A DNA stretch of 64,000 nt from Candidatus Magasanikiibacteriota bacterium (GCA_041665405.1 JBAYIZ010000001.1:90618-154617); one strand, 5' to 3'; shown: positions 1 to 11,227, counted from the stretch's first letter. The notes: generated by a model from the sequence alone, not told the origin. Numbers and translations are program-made.

Positions 1-300
1 AATATCAATTCAGTAAAATCGGATGCTAAAATTCAATTGATAAAATCTTCTTATGCCCAAATCGAGGATGTTTCACCCAATGAATTTACAGTAAAAAAAG
101 GTCAGCCGGTAAAATGGGTGATTGCCATGAACGAGCCGCCGACCGGTTGTATGCACAATATAGTAATTCGCGAAATTGGTGTTTCGCAACCAATGAATCA
201 ATCAGGTGATACTATTGTTGAATTCACTCCAACCGAAACAGGTGATTTGTGGGTAACTTGTAGTATGGGAATTCATCGCGCTACTATTCATGTTGTTTAA
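1..300 (+). CDS. Cupredoxin-like domain protein, C-terminal part (5' truncated by window)
   Basis: Frame open from base 1; FTVKKGQPVKW...GC...VEFTP...CSMG pattern; directly upstream of copZ/copA. Confidence 0.75.
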   Translation, partial: NINSVKSDAKIQLIKSSYAQIEDVSPNEFTVKKGQPVKWVIAMNEPPTGCMHNIVIREIGVSQPMNQSGDTIVEFTPTETGDLWVTCSMGIHRATIHVV

Positions 301-305
301 ATAAT

Positions 306-512
306 ATGTATAAACTAAATTTTAAAATTACCAATTTAGATTGTGAGGCATGTATAAAATTGAGTACATCGGCATTGAAAACACTGTCTAGTGTGCAGAC
401 GGTCAAGATTGATCTTAAATCGGGATTGGCTGAAGTGGAATCAAATCAGGAGTTGAATTGGGAGGATGTCAAAAAAAGTTTGGCGGAAGTAAGTAAAAAT
501 GCGGAAAAGTAA
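306..512 (+). CDS. copZ: Heavy-metal-associated (HMA) domain copper chaperone
   Basis: 68 aa, LDCEAC metal-binding motif, precedes P1B ATPase. Confidence 0.8.
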   Translation: MYKLNFKITNLDCEACIKLSTSALKTLSSVQTVKIDLKSGLAEVESNQELNWEDVKKSLAEVSKNAEK

Positions 513-533
513 TTTCTGATATAATTTAAAAAT

Positions 534-3473
534 ATGAGCAAGAAAATACATCTCAAAATTTCTGGCATGCATTGCGAATCATGTGAAAAAATAATTTCAG
601 CTGAATTGGCTGGCGTGCCAGGAATAATTAGTTCACATATCGATGCCAAAGCCGGAAACGGGATTGTGGAAGTGGAAGATTCAGTGGTAGAGAGCGCGGT
701 CGTAGCGGCCATCAAAGTGGCTGGCTATGATTCGGAAATTTTACAGATAGAAAAACCAGAAATTGTAGAACCTCCAATAATTTTTGAAAAAAAGATTGTC
801 GATAGTCAGGCACCATTTAGAGTAAAATTGGAATCATCTACAGTGGCCGATGGCAAAATCAGCACCAATAATGGCGAACCAAATTTTACCGGAAAAATTA
901 CTCAAAATAAAAAAGGAGAGTTTGAAATTCCTCAGGGTCGTAATGATTTGGAAAAGATAGTGCAAAATCTATTTGATGCATCAAAGATGGGACAGTTGTT
1001 TGGAATGTTATCAGGAGATTCACATCAAACGAATTCTGCGCCAGCTGATCATTCGACGCACAATTTGCCAACTACCGCTTCGGTCGCCGTAAAAAGCAAA
1101 ACTGGCGATGAAAGTATAAATCTCAGTTTAGGTGGAATGCATTGTGCTTCGTGCTCTCTTTTGATTGAAAAAAGTTTGAAAAAAGTTCCGGGTGTAAAAC
1201 AAGCGCATGTAAATTTTGCAGCAGAAAAAGCCAGAATTATTTTTGATTCCAGTAAAGCGACTGTTGATAATTTTATCAAGGCGGTCAAAGACGCGGGCTA
1301 TAGTGCCGAGCTGTCTAGTAGTGATCCAGAAATCGATCGTCAGAAAAAAGCACAGGAAATAAAAGCTTTGAAAAAGAAATTTTGGTTTAGTTTTGTCTTT
1401 AGTGTACCGATGCTATATTTCATGATGTTCGATTTTGCCTCTTTTTGGCCAGGACGAGCAGTCATGCCTTACATCGGAATTATTTCATTGGTCTTAACTT
1501 TGCCGGTGCAATTTATTATCGGTGCCGGATTTTACAAAGGATTATGGAGTGGGTTGAAAATGAAAATGTTCAACATGGACAGTCTGATTGCTATCGGTAC
1601 CAGTACTGCCTTTTTTTATAGTGTCTGGCAATTTATTAATTATTGGATAATAAACAAATCAATCATTGGATTGAATGGCGATAAAATTCCAGAATTATAT
1701 TTTGAAACTGCCGCCTTTTTAATAACCTTTGTAATTTTAGGCAAATGGTTGGAAGCACGGGCTAAAGGCGGAACTTCGGAAGCAATAAAAAAATTAATGG
1801 GAATGCAACCAAAAACTGCCCGCGTGATTCGCAGTGGTGTGGAAAAAGATTTGTCGCTTGATGAAGTTGTGGTTGGTGATGTGGTAGTAGTCCGTCCAGG
1901 AGAAAAAATTCCGGTTGACGGAGAAGTAGTAAAAGGTAGTTCGAGTGTTGATGAAAGTATGTTGACGGGCGAAAGTATTCCAGTTGAAAAAAATGTTGGT
2001 GATAAAGTGGTAGGTGCAACTATAAATAAACATGGTAGTTTTGAATTTAAAGTGACCAAAGTTGGACAAGAAACCGCTCTGTCGCAAATTATTCGCTTGA
2101 TTGAAGATGCTCAAGGAAGTAAAGCGCCGATTCAAAATTTGGCGGATAATATTTCCGGTTGGTTTGTGCCTGCAGTTTTAATTATTGCGGCTTTAACATT
2201 TGTGATTTGGTTTTTCTTCTTAGGAGCCGGACTGACATTTAGTTTGATGGCCTTCACATCGGTTATCGTGATTGCCTGTCCATGTGCTCTAGGTTTGGCA
2301 ACACCAACGGCAATCATGGTAGGTACTGGTAAAGGGGCAGAATATGGCGTGTTAATAAAAGGTGGTGAACCACTTGAAGCCGCCTGCAAAGTAAAAGTAA
2401 TCGTTTTCGATAAAACCGGTACATTGACCAACGGTACACCAGAAGTGACCGACATTGTTCCGATGGGTCACTATGATGAAGATGAGGTGATGATAATGGC
2501 GGCGGGACTGGAGAAAACTTCCGAACATCCTTTGGCTGAAGCAATTATAAAATATACTCAAGAAGAATCAATTTTATTTGAGAGTGCGACAAATTTTAAA
2601 GCCATTCCTGGTCATGGAGTGGAAGGTACGATCAATGGTAAAAAATATTATTTTGGCAATCGAAAATTAATGACGGATGTGGTCAAAATTAGCATTGAAA
2701 ATGTAGAACGCAAAATGCGCAAACTCGAAGATGCAGGAAAGACTGCAATGATATTGGCCAATGAAACGGAAGTGATGGGGTTGATAGCCGTGGCGGATAC
2801 TATCAAAGAGAGTTCACTTGAAGCTGTACAACAACTTCAAAAACGTGGTTTACAAGTTTATATGATTACCGGCGACAACCGTCGTACTGCAGAAGCAATC
2901 GCCAAACAAGCGGGTATAAAAAATGTTTTGGCCGAAGTGTTGCCTCAAGATAAAGCCAATGAGATTAAAAAATTACAAACCAATTTAGCAACGACGACTG
3001 GCAAGTCGGAGTCCCGACTCATAGTCGGGATGGTGGGTGATGGTATCAATGATGCACCAGCTTTGGCTCAAGCTGACGTTGGCATTGCGATGGGGTCAGG
3101 GACTGATGTGGCGATGGAAACAGGTGGCATTGTAATTATCAAAAATGATTTGCGTGATGTACTCACCGCGATAGATTTGAGTAAAGAAACGATGGGCAAA
3201 GTAAAACAGAATATGTTTTTCGCTTTATTATATAATGTGATTGGTATTCCGATTGCGGCACGTATCTTTGTTTCATTTGGTTTGGTTCTCAAGCCAGAAT
3301 TAGCCGGACTGGCGATGGCTTTTAGTTCCATCTCAGTAGTTTCCAATTCGTTGTTACTCAAAAATTTTCGGCCAGGCAAAAGAAATTGGATTTCTATGAT
3401 GGCTCCGATAATTATGGTTATAATTTTTACTTTTATATTTTTGCAGTTTGGGCGATTGAGTGGAATGAAATAA
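534..3473 (+). CDS. copA: Copper-translocating P1B-type ATPase
   Basis: Two GMHCxxC HMA domains, [30 protein letters not shown] motifs. Confidence 0.95.
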   Translation: MSKKIHLKISGMHCESCEKIISAELAGVPGIISSHIDAKAGNGIVEVEDSVVESAVVAAIKVAGYDSEILQIEKPEIVEPPIIFEKKIVDSQAPFRVKLESSTVADGKISTNNGEPNFTGKITQNKKGEFEIPQGRNDLEKIVQNLFDASKMGQLFGMLSGDSHQTNSAPADHSTHNLPTTASVAVKSKTGDESINLSLGGMHCASCSLLIEKSLKKVPGVKQAHVNFAAEKARIIFDSSKATVDNFIKAVKDAGYSAELSSSDPEIDRQKKAQEIKALKKKFWFSFVFSVPMLYFMMFDFASFWPGRAVMPYIGIISLVLTLPVQFIIGAGFYKGLWSGLKMKMFNMDSLIAIGTSTAFFYSVWQFINYWIINKSIIGLNGDKIPELYFETAAFLITFVILGKWLEARAKGGTSEAIKKLMGMQPKTARVIRSGVEKDLSLDEVVVGDVVVVRPGEKIPVDGEVVKGSSSVDESMLTGESIPVEKNVGDKVVGATINKHGSFEFKVTKVGQETALSQIIRLIEDAQGSKAPIQNLADNISGWFVPAVLIIAALTFVIWFFFLGAGLTFSLMAFTSVIVIACPCALGLATPTAIMVGTGKGAEYGVLIKGGEPLEAACKVKVIVFDKTGTLTNGTPEVTDIVPMGHYDEDEVMIMAAGLEKTSEHPLAEAIIKYTQEESILFESATNFKAIPGHGVEGTINGKKYYFGNRKLMTDVVKISIENVERKMRKLEDAGKTAMILANETEVMGLIAVADTIKESSLEAVQQLQKRGLQVYMITGDNRRTAEAIAKQAGIKNVLAEVLPQDKANEIKKLQTNLATTTGKSESRLIVGMVGDGINDAPALAQADVGIAMGSGTDVAMETGGIVIIKNDLRDVLTAIDLSKETMGKVKQNMFFALLYNVIGIPIAARIFVSFGLVLKPELAGLAMAFSSISVVSNSLLLKNFRPGKRNWISMMAPIIMVIIFTFIFLQFGRLSGMK

Positions 3474-3583
3474 AATAGGTATTTGAGCGTTTCCAAGCCA
3501 CATTAGGCTTGTAATTATTTATCTATTATGATAATATAAGCAGGCCTAAATCAGGCCTGTTTTTGTTTAAATATTGAGATATT

Positions 3584-6376
3584 ATGTCATTTTTTACAAA
3601 ATTATTTGGCGATCCAAACGCCAAAGCAGTAAAAGAAATTTTGCCCATTGTTGAACAGGTGAATGCTTTTGAGGTAGAAATACAGAAGTTGTCTTTGGAA
3701 CAATTGAAAAATAAAACTACTGAATTCAAAGAACGTCTTGTCAAAGGTGAAACTCTAGAAGATCTATTACCAGAGGCTTTTGCGGTCGTTCGTGAAACTT
3801 CCAAGCGTGTCACCGGCATGCGTCATTTTGACGTTCAGCTTATCGGTGGTATTGCTTTGCATCGAGGCCAAATTTCTGAAATGCGCACGGGTGAAGGTAA
3901 AACTTTGGTAGCTACTTTGCCAATATATTTGAATGCACTCGCTGGACGAGGTGTTCATTTGGTAACGGTCAATGATTATTTGGCCAAACGTGATGCTGTT
4001 TGGATGAGTCAGATTTATGATGCTCTTGGTTTGAGTGTTGGTATTATTCAACAACAATTGGTTTCATATAAATACAATCCAAACAAGTTAAAAATTTTGG
4101 ATGTAAATGGTCAGGATGCGATGAGTGAAGGTGGTTCGATAGACAAAGAACGTGATGCCAAAGGAGCATACAAAGTAGAATATGAATATTTGGAAACTTG
4201 TTCTCGAAAAGAAGCCTATGCTTGTGATATCACATATGGGACCAACAATGAATTTGGTTTTGATTATTTGCGTGACAATATGGTGGGCAGTCTGGAAGAA
4301 ATGTCTCAGCGCCCATTTTATTTTGCTATCGTCGATGAAGTCGATTCTATTTTGATTGACGAAGCACGTACCCCATTAATTATTTCTGCCCCCGCAGAAG
4401 AAGCGGCCGAGATGTATTATAAGTTTGCGGAAATTGTGGCACGAATGGAATTGGACGTAGATTATAATGTTGATGAAAAAATGCGCGCTTCTACTTTGAC
4501 AGAAGCCGGTTTGAAAAAAGTAGAACAAGCGCTGAATGTAGAAAATATTTATGCCGAAGGCGGTATGACGATGGTGCACCACATCGAACAGGCTTTGCGT
4601 GCACGGGCATTGTTCAAACGAGACCGCGATTATGTAGTAGATAATGGAGAAGTTATCATCGTGGATGAATTTACCGGACGTAAAATGCCAGGCCGTCGTT
4701 ATAGCGAAGGTTTACATCAAGCTATCGAGGCACAAGAGCATGTAAAAATTCAGCGCGAAAGTCAAACTATGGCGACTATTACTTTCCAAAATTATTTCCG
4801 TTTGTATGAGAAGTTGGCTGGTATGACGGGTACGGCTGTTACGGAAGCGGAGGAATTTGCCAAGATTTATAAACTAGAAGTAGTGGTAATTCCAACCAAC
4901 AAAGATAATTTGCGTGTTGATCATCCAGATAGAATTTACAAAACTGAAGAAACAAAATATAAAGCCATCGCGCAAACTGTAAAGGAACTACAAAAAAAGG
5001 GACAGCCGGTTTTAATAGGTACTATTTCGGTAGAAAAAAATGAAGAATTGAGTTTGTACCTAGAACGCGAAGGCATCACACATGAAATTTTGAATGCGAA
5101 AAACCATGAGCGTGAAGGTGAAATTATCGCTCAAGCTGGACGAGCGGGAGCAGTAACTTTGGCTACCAATATGGCTGGTCGTGGTGTGGATATTATTTTA
5201 GGTGGCAATCCACCAGATAAGACAGAAGGTGACAAAGTACGTGCTGTGGGTGGATTATTTGTGATTGGTACCGAACGTCACGAAAGTCGTCGTATTGATA
5301 ATCAGTTGCGCGGTCGTGCGGCTCGTCAGGGTGACTCAGGTGAGACTCAGTTTTATCTATCTACTCAAGATGACTTGATGCGTATTTTTGCCGGTGATAG
5401 AATTCGCAGTGTGATGCAAACTTTGCGTGTGCCAGATGATATGCCGATTGAACAACGCTCGATTACCAAAATTATTGAATCTGCTCAGAAAAAAGTAGAA
5501 GGTTTTAATTTTGATTCTCGTAAACACTTGCTCGAATATGATGATGTGTTGAATCGTCATCGTGAAGTGGTGTATGGAAAACGTCGCCTAGTTTTGGAAT
5601 TGTTTGATAAACAAAAAAACAACGCTGTCACAGGAACTGTCATCCCCGTGAAAACGGGGATTCTTGAGGAAGAAAAGACCCTGCAATCTTTGATTTTGGA
5701 TATGATGGAAGCGGAAATAGAGCAGATTGTTTCGTTTCACACCAACACCGAAGACAAACACGAATGGAATATCAAAGAAATTGCTGAAGTGGTTGGTACT
5801 ATTTATCCAATAACTGAAGAAGAAAAAAATATCATATTAAATTTTGGCGAACACGGCGAACAAAAAATGCAAGCGGTGATTGAGCGCACCCATATTATTG
5901 AATATTTGACTCAATTAGCTAAAGAAAAATACCAGAAACTATTAGTAGCCAGAATTGACAATAAGGATTTACAGATTGAAATGGAAAAACAAATTTTATT
6001 ACGTTCAATGGACATGCTTTGGATTGATCATTTGGTAGCTGTAGATTATTTGCGCACCGGTATCGGTTTGCGCGGATATGGCCAACGTGATCCATTGGTT
6101 GAATACAAAAAAGAGACGTACCAGATGTTTAACGAGTTGCTTTCTGCCATGCAACATGAAGTGGTGTATGCGATTTTTAAAGTAAGTATCGGAATGGATA
6201 TGGCGCCAAGTGTAATGAAGAAAAATAATTTAATTTTCAAAGGTGCAGTACATGAGGGTGAAGTGGTGGATATAAATACCAAAGTTAAAAATGAACAGGG
6301 CGAAAAAATTGGCCGCAACGAACCATGCCCGTGTGGGAGTGGGAAGAAGTTTAAGAAGTGTCATATGAATGTTTAG
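3584..6376 (+). CDS. secA: Preprotein translocase ATPase SecA
   Basis: MRTGEGKT, DEVDSILIDEARTPLIIS, C-terminal GRNEPCPCGSGKKFKKCH. Confidence 0.98.
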   Translation: MSFFTKLFGDPNAKAVKEILPIVEQVNAFEVEIQKLSLEQLKNKTTEFKERLVKGETLEDLLPEAFAVVRETSKRVTGMRHFDVQLIGGIALHRGQISEMRTGEGKTLVATLPIYLNALAGRGVHLVTVNDYLAKRDAVWMSQIYDALGLSVGIIQQQLVSYKYNPNKLKILDVNGQDAMSEGGSIDKERDAKGAYKVEYEYLETCSRKEAYACDITYGTNNEFGFDYLRDNMVGSLEEMSQRPFYFAIVDEVDSILIDEARTPLIISAPAEEAAEMYYKFAEIVARMELDVDYNVDEKMRASTLTEAGLKKVEQALNVENIYAEGGMTMVHHIEQALRARALFKRDRDYVVDNGEVIIVDEFTGRKMPGRRYSEGLHQAIEAQEHVKIQRESQTMATITFQNYFRLYEKLAGMTGTAVTEAEEFAKIYKLEVVVIPTNKDNLRVDHPDRIYKTEETKYKAIAQTVKELQKKGQPVLIGTISVEKNEELSLYLEREGITHEILNAKNHEREGEIIAQAGRAGAVTLATNMAGRGVDIILGGNPPDKTEGDKVRAVGGLFVIGTERHESRRIDNQLRGRAARQGDSGETQFYLSTQDDLMRIFAGDRIRSVMQTLRVPDDMPIEQRSITKIIESAQKKVEGFNFDSRKHLLEYDDVLNRHREVVYGKRRLVLELFDKQKNNAVTGTVIPVKTGILEEEKTLQSLILDMMEAEIEQIVSFHTNTEDKHEWNIKEIAEVVGTIYPITEEEKNIILNFGEHGEQKMQAVIERTHIIEYLTQLAKEKYQKLLVARIDNKDLQIEMEKQILLRSMDMLWIDHLVAVDYLRTGIGLRGYGQRDPLVEYKKETYQMFNELLSAMQHEVVYAIFKVSIGMDMAPSVMKKNNLIFKGAVHEGEVVDINTKVKNEQGEKIGRNEPCPCGSGKKFKKCHMNV

Positions 6377-6379
6377 ACA

Positions 6380-6405
6380 AAAAAGAGCCTTCAGTGGCTC
6401 TTTTT
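6380..6405 (+). terminator. Intrinsic terminator after secA
   Basis: AAAAAGAGCC-TTCAGT-GGCTCTTTTT hairpin with T tract. Confidence 0.75.
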
Positions 6406-6496
6406 AAAAGCTTTTATCCACTTGCCAAAATATCGGAAAAGGGGTAGAATTTGGCTGTTTAATTCTGCTTATAAAATTATTAAATTTATCTAATTT

Positions 6497-8569
6497 ATGG
6501 CTAAGAATGCAAAACCGGTCGTCAGTTTGTCCCGTTCTCAGATAAAGTGGAGAGTATTGTGGATTGGTATATTATTGGTTGTTTGTGGGCTCATTGTGGC
6601 TCCAACTTATGCTAACAAAGGTGTTGATTGGGTAAACAACAAAGTTAATTTAGGTTTGCCACGTTTGCCAGACAAAGGCTTCAATTTAGGCCTAGATTTG
6701 CAAGGTGGCGCTCATTTGGTTTACCAAGCAGATACCACACAGGTGCCAGATGCCGATCGTGTTGACGCAGTTGAAGGTGTACGTGATGTTATCGAACGTC
6801 GTGTACGCGGTGGTCTAGGTGTTGCTGAACCATTGGTGCAAACTACCAAAGTCGGTGAGGATTTTCGTATCATCGTTGAATTGCCAGGTGTGACTGATGT
6901 AAATACTGCTATTAAAATGATCGGTGAAACTCCAGTTTTGGAATTCAAAGAAGAAAACAACGAACCTCCACGTACTTTAACTACGGAAGAAAAGAAACAA
7001 ATGGATGATTTCAACAAAGCGGCAGACAAAACAGCCAAACTTGCTTTGAAAGAAGTAGTGAGTGGTGTAGATTTTGCCACTGTGGTTTCCAAATATACTC
7101 AAGATGAAAAAAGTAAAAACAATGGTGGCGATTTAGGTTTTGTTACAGAAACACTTTATCCAGAAATTTTTACTTGGGCTAGTACCCATAAGGATGGTGA
7201 AGTAAGTAAAGAGTTGGTAAAAAGTTTTGAAGGCTTAAATATTTTAAAAAGAATTGGTGAACGTCAAGGTGAAAAACAAGTTGACGCGGCTCATATCTTG
7301 GTTTGTTATAAAGGTGCCGAGCGTTGTGATAACCCACTATATACTCAAGAAGAAGCCAAAACTAAAATTACTGAACTGAAAGCGAAAGCCAATGCTGAAA
7401 ACTTTTCTCAATTGGCCAAAGAATTTTCTACTGAACCAAATGCAAAAACAAGTGGTGGTGATTTAGGTAAATTTGGCAAAGGTCAAATGGTGCCTGAATT
7501 TGAAACGGCTGTTTGGGATGCACCAGTAGGTACTATTTCAGCTGTGGTAGAAACACAGTTTGGCTATCATATTATTTATAAGAAAGGCGAAGATTTTGCC
7601 AAAGAATATCAAGTGGCTCGTGTGTTTATTAAAACACAGCAAGAAGCTGATATTGTACCTCCAACAGATCAATGGAAAACCACCGGTTTGTCTGGTAAAC
7701 AGTTGAAACGAGCAGAAGTAACTCAGGATTCACAGACTGGTCAGACTCAGGTAAATTTGAATTTTGATGAAAATGGTACAAAACTATTTGCTGAAATAAC
7801 TGCAAGAAATGTTGGTAAACCGGTGGCTATTTATTTGGATGGTCAGCCAATTAGTATTCCAAAAGTAAATGAAGCAATCACAAGTGGTAGTGCAGTAATA
7901 TCTGGTGGATTTACTTTACTCGAAGCCAAACAACTTTCTCAAAGATTGAATTCTGGCGCATTGCCAGTGCCAGTTGAGTTGATTAGTCAACAAAAAGTAG
8001 ACGCTACTTTGGGTGTTGATTCATTGACCAAAAGTTTCCATGCTGGTTTGATTGGTTTGCTGGGCGTGATGTTATTCATGGTTATTTATTATCGTTTTCC
8101 AGGTTTGTTATCTGTATTTTCTTTGATAGTTTATGCATTACTAAGTTTGGCTACTTTCAAATTATTGGGAGTGACCATCACTTTGTCTGGTATCGCCGGT
8201 TTTATCTTGTCTATTGGTATGGCTGTGGACACCAACGTTTTGGTGTTTGAACGTCTAAAAGAAGAATTACGTTCTGGTAAAAATTTACATTCCGCTTCCG
8301 AGGAATCGTTCCGTCGCTCTTGGCCGTCTATTCGTGATGGTCATATTGCTACTTTGGTAAGTTGTGTATTCTTGGTCTGGTTTGGTACTGGTTTTGTGCA
8401 AGGTTTTGCTGTGACGTTGGCCATTGGTGTGTTGTTCAGTTTGTTCACCGCTATTGTGGCTACTCGCGCTGTCTCACGTCTGATTTTCAAATTCTTTAGC
8501 GAATATGGTAATTGGATGTTTTTGGGCCATGTTAAACCAGATTCTTCTTCTGAAATTATAAACAAATAA
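6497..8569 (+). CDS. secD: Protein translocase subunit SecD with inserted parvulin-type PPIase domains
   Basis: LGLDLQGG, SIGMAVDTNVLVFER; internal GGDLGF, AAHILV, GGDLG..MVPEFE..VETQFGYHII rotamase motifs. Confidence 0.93.
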   Translation: MAKNAKPVVSLSRSQIKWRVLWIGILLVVCGLIVAPTYANKGVDWVNNKVNLGLPRLPDKGFNLGLDLQGGAHLVYQADTTQVPDADRVDAVEGVRDVIERRVRGGLGVAEPLVQTTKVGEDFRIIVELPGVTDVNTAIKMIGETPVLEFKEENNEPPRTLTTEEKKQMDDFNKAADKTAKLALKEVVSGVDFATVVSKYTQDEKSKNNGGDLGFVTETLYPEIFTWASTHKDGEVSKELVKSFEGLNILKRIGERQGEKQVDAAHILVCYKGAERCDNPLYTQEEAKTKITELKAKANAENFSQLAKEFSTEPNAKTSGGDLGKFGKGQMVPEFETAVWDAPVGTISAVVETQFGYHIIYKKGEDFAKEYQVARVFIKTQQEADIVPPTDQWKTTGLSGKQLKRAEVTQDSQTGQTQVNLNFDENGTKLFAEITARNVGKPVAIYLDGQPISIPKVNEAITSGSAVISGGFTLLEAKQLSQRLNSGALPVPVELISQQKVDATLGVDSLTKSFHAGLIGLLGVMLFMVIYYRFPGLLSVFSLIVYALLSLATFKLLGVTITLSGIAGFILSIGMAVDTNVLVFERLKEELRSGKNLHSASEESFRRSWPSIRDGHIATLVSCVFLVWFGTGFVQGFAVTLAIGVLFSLFTAIVATRAVSRLIFKFFSEYGNWMFLGHVKPDSSSEIINK

Positions 8570-8571
8570 TT

Positions 8572-9489
8572 ATGACTATACCATTTATAAAATATTCTAA
8601 ATATCTATTAGCTGTGAGTGCAATCGTGACAGTCATCAGTTTGGCTTCATTATTCACTTGGGGTTTAAAACCTGGTATTGATTTTACTGGTGGTTCATTG
8701 CTTGAAATTAGTTTCAGTCAAACTCGTCCAGATAATCAAGTTATGGAACAGGCATTTGCTGATCTTGATCATAAAAATATCGTAATTCAAAAAACTGGAG
8801 AAAAAGGGATGATTATTCGAACAGCCTTTTTGCCAGAAAATGAGCATCAAACTGTTTTAAAAGGTTTGCGTACACAATTTGAAAAAGACGGAAACACATT
8901 GCGTGAAGATCAGTTTCAAACAATTGGCGCCGCCGTTAGTAAACAATTACGTCAGCGTTCTATCTGGGCAGTATTTTTGGTCATTGTAAGTATTATTGCT
9001 TTTGTGGCGTATGCATTCCGTACTGTATCATTCCCAGTAGCTAGTTGGAAATATGGTGTGACTGCTATTATTGCCGCTTCACATGATGTGTTGTTGGTAA
9101 TTGGTGTTTTTGCTTTCTTGGGACATTATAATAATGTAGAAGTAGATATTGGTTTTGTGGTGGCTTTATTGACCGTATTGGGTTATTCAGTACAGGATAC
9201 TATTGTAGTGTATGATCGTATCCGTGAAAATTTATTACGTCGTCGTAATGTTAGTTTTAGAGAAATGGTAGATATTGGTTTGAATGAAACTTTGATGCGC
9301 TCAATTAATACTACATTAATTACCATGATTCCTCTTTCTGCCTTGTACTTCTTTGGTGGAGCAACAATCAAGAATTTTGCTTTGGCTCTATTGATTGGTA
9401 TCGCTAGTGGTGCTTATTCTTCCATTTTTGTGGCCAGCCCGTTGTTGGCTTATGTAGATAAATGGCAGAGAAATAAAGCTACAAAATAA
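8572..9489 (+). CDS. secF: Protein translocase subunit SecF
   Basis: GIDFTGG, GYSVQDTIVVYDRIRE; follows secD. Confidence 0.96.
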   Translation: MTIPFIKYSKYLLAVSAIVTVISLASLFTWGLKPGIDFTGGSLLEISFSQTRPDNQVMEQAFADLDHKNIVIQKTGEKGMIIRTAFLPENEHQTVLKGLRTQFEKDGNTLREDQFQTIGAAVSKQLRQRSIWAVFLVIVSIIAFVAYAFRTVSFPVASWKYGVTAIIAASHDVLLVIGVFAFLGHYNNVEVDIGFVVALLTVLGYSVQDTIVVYDRIRENLLRRRNVSFREMVDIGLNETLMRSINTTLITMIPLSALYFFGGATIKNFALALLIGIASGAYSSIFVASPLLAYVDKWQRNKATK

Positions 9490-9501
9490 TACTAAAGATT
9501 C

Positions 9502-9540
9502 AAAAACTCTCTCGCTTAAATCGGGGGAGTTTTTTCTTTT
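9502..9540 (+). terminator. Intrinsic terminator after secF
   Basis: AAAAACTCTCTCG...CGGGGGAGTTTTTT hairpin and T tract. Confidence 0.65.
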
Positions 9541-9599
9541 TATCATTTTATGCTATACTATCTAGTAGTATAGTTAGAATTAATTTAGAATTTTTTAAT

Positions 9600-9776
9600 A
9601 TGTCTGGTCACGGTCATAGCGAAAGTGGTATCCGCCATATGATTGCCTTTCTAGGCACATTGGTGACAGTGTTTGCCTTTTGGGGAGGTTATGTTTCGGG
9701 CGCCCAGGGTTGGTGGTGGACAGCTTTTGGTTTGATAATTGTTTACGGTGGAATATATAAAATTATCGACAATTAA
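9600..9776 (+). CDS. Small 58-aa two-TM membrane protein (absent from the ORF track)
   Basis: MSGHGHSESGIRHMIAFLGTLVTVFAFWGGYVSGAQGWWWTAFGLIIVYGGIYKIIDN*, ends 3 nt before the next ATG. Confidence 0.7.
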   Translation: MSGHGHSESGIRHMIAFLGTLVTVFAFWGGYVSGAQGWWWTAFGLIIVYGGIYKIIDN

Positions 9777-9779
9777 TCT

Positions 9780-11216
9780 ATGGAGCCGATTACTTTTTCA
9801 TCCACTTTTGGCTTTTCGATCAATTGGGAGTTTTGGTCTTGGATGTTTTCTCAGCCACCTGCCGATTTGATTGCATATTTGTTCGCCATTATTGGTTGGG
9901 TAATTTTGGTTTTGATTTGTGTTAGTTTGGGGTCACAACTGTTGGCGCTTTATCGAGCAAAAAAAGCGGATGGTCAGTGGGAGTGGGTGTTGTTGGCCGT
10001 CGATGTACCGCCATTATTTATTCAATCACCAAAAGCCGTAGAGCAGATTTTTGCTCATCTTAGTGGGGCAAAAGTTAGTATTCGTTTGTCAGAAAAATAC
10101 TGGATTGGTAAACGACAGAAAAATTTTAGTTTTGAAATAATTTCTATTGAAGGTTATATACAGTTTTTAATTCGTACTGAAATAGCTTATCGCGATCTAG
10201 TAGAGGCGGCGGTTTACGCTCAGTATCCAGAGGCAGAAATTACCGAGGTGGAGGATTATGTGGATATGATTCCAGGATCTTACCCAAGTGCAACCCACCA
10301 TATGTTTGGAGTAGAATTCCAATTAGCTGATGTTGATGCTTATCCTATTCGTACTTATCCAAACTTTGAATATAAAATTAGTAAAGACGAAGTTTTTAGC
10401 GATCCAATGGCAGCGATTTTGGAAAATTTTTCACGTATTGGGCATGGCGAACATTTTTGGTTACAGATCATTATTGAACCAGTCGGTAATGATTGGAAAA
10501 CAAAAGGTATCCAGTTGGTAAAGGATATTATTGCCGGTCATATTGGTCATCATGGAAATTTCTGGGGTGATGTAGTAGCTATGATTGGGAATATTCCGCT
10601 GGCTATTATGAAGGAATTTTTTAAATATTTGAATGCCTCAGAACATGAAGAAGAGGAAGTTCACAAGGAAATGCCTGGCAAATTGACCGATGTATCTCCA
10701 GGTGGAAAAAGCACCATCGAGGCGATTGAGGACAAGATTGCCAAATTAGGTTTCAAAACCAAGATTCGCGCTTTGTATGTGGCGAGAAATGAAGTTTTTA
10801 ATCCTACCCGTTGTGTAGATGGTTTTATTGGTTCACTTAACCAATTTCATATTCAAAGTCGCAATGCAATTATCCCGCGTTTTATTACGCATACTCATTT
10901 TCTTTTTTACAACCACATGAGAGAGATCTGGGTACAAAATAAATTTTTTAAAGCTTTTGCCAAGAGAAAAATAAAAGTGGGTGGTACTCCTTATATTTTA
11001 AATATCGAAGAGCTGGCAACACTGTGGCATTTCCCATTACCGTTTGTGAAGACTCCGCTTGTACAAAAGGCTGGTGCCAAACGTGGCGAACCACCAATGA
11101 ACTTGCCGATAGAAGTGGAATCTGGACCGCTAAGACCAAAGGTGAGGCCGACTGGACAGGTTGGGGAGACTGTAGAGGTTCCGGAGCAGGAACCAGAGGA
11201 ATTGTTATATGGATAG
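9780..11216 (+). CDS. Membrane-anchored protein paralogous to the N-terminal region of the VirD4-like ATPase at 21153-23714
   Basis: Shared motifs FSFEI, YAQYPEAEI..EDY, AYPIRTY, LNIEELATLWHFP; no Walker A. Confidence 0.8.
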   Translation: MEPITFSSTFGFSINWEFWSWMFSQPPADLIAYLFAIIGWVILVLICVSLGSQLLALYRAKKADGQWEWVLLAVDVPPLFIQSPKAVEQIFAHLSGAKVSIRLSEKYWIGKRQKNFSFEIISIEGYIQFLIRTEIAYRDLVEAAVYAQYPEAEITEVEDYVDMIPGSYPSATHHMFGVEFQLADVDAYPIRTYPNFEYKISKDEVFSDPMAAILENFSRIGHGEHFWLQIIIEPVGNDWKTKGIQLVKDIIAGHIGHHGNFWGDVVAMIGNIPLAIMKEFFKYLNASEHEEEEVHKEMPGKLTDVSPGGKSTIEAIEDKIAKLGFKTKIRALYVARNEVFNPTRCVDGFIGSLNQFHIQSRNAIIPRFITHTHFLFYNHMREIWVQNKFFKAFAKRKIKVGGTPYILNIEELATLWHFPLPFVKTPLVQKAGAKRGEPPMNLPIEVESGPLRPKVRPTGQVGETVEVPEQEPEELLYG

Positions 11217-11227
11217 AGAGGTGGAAA

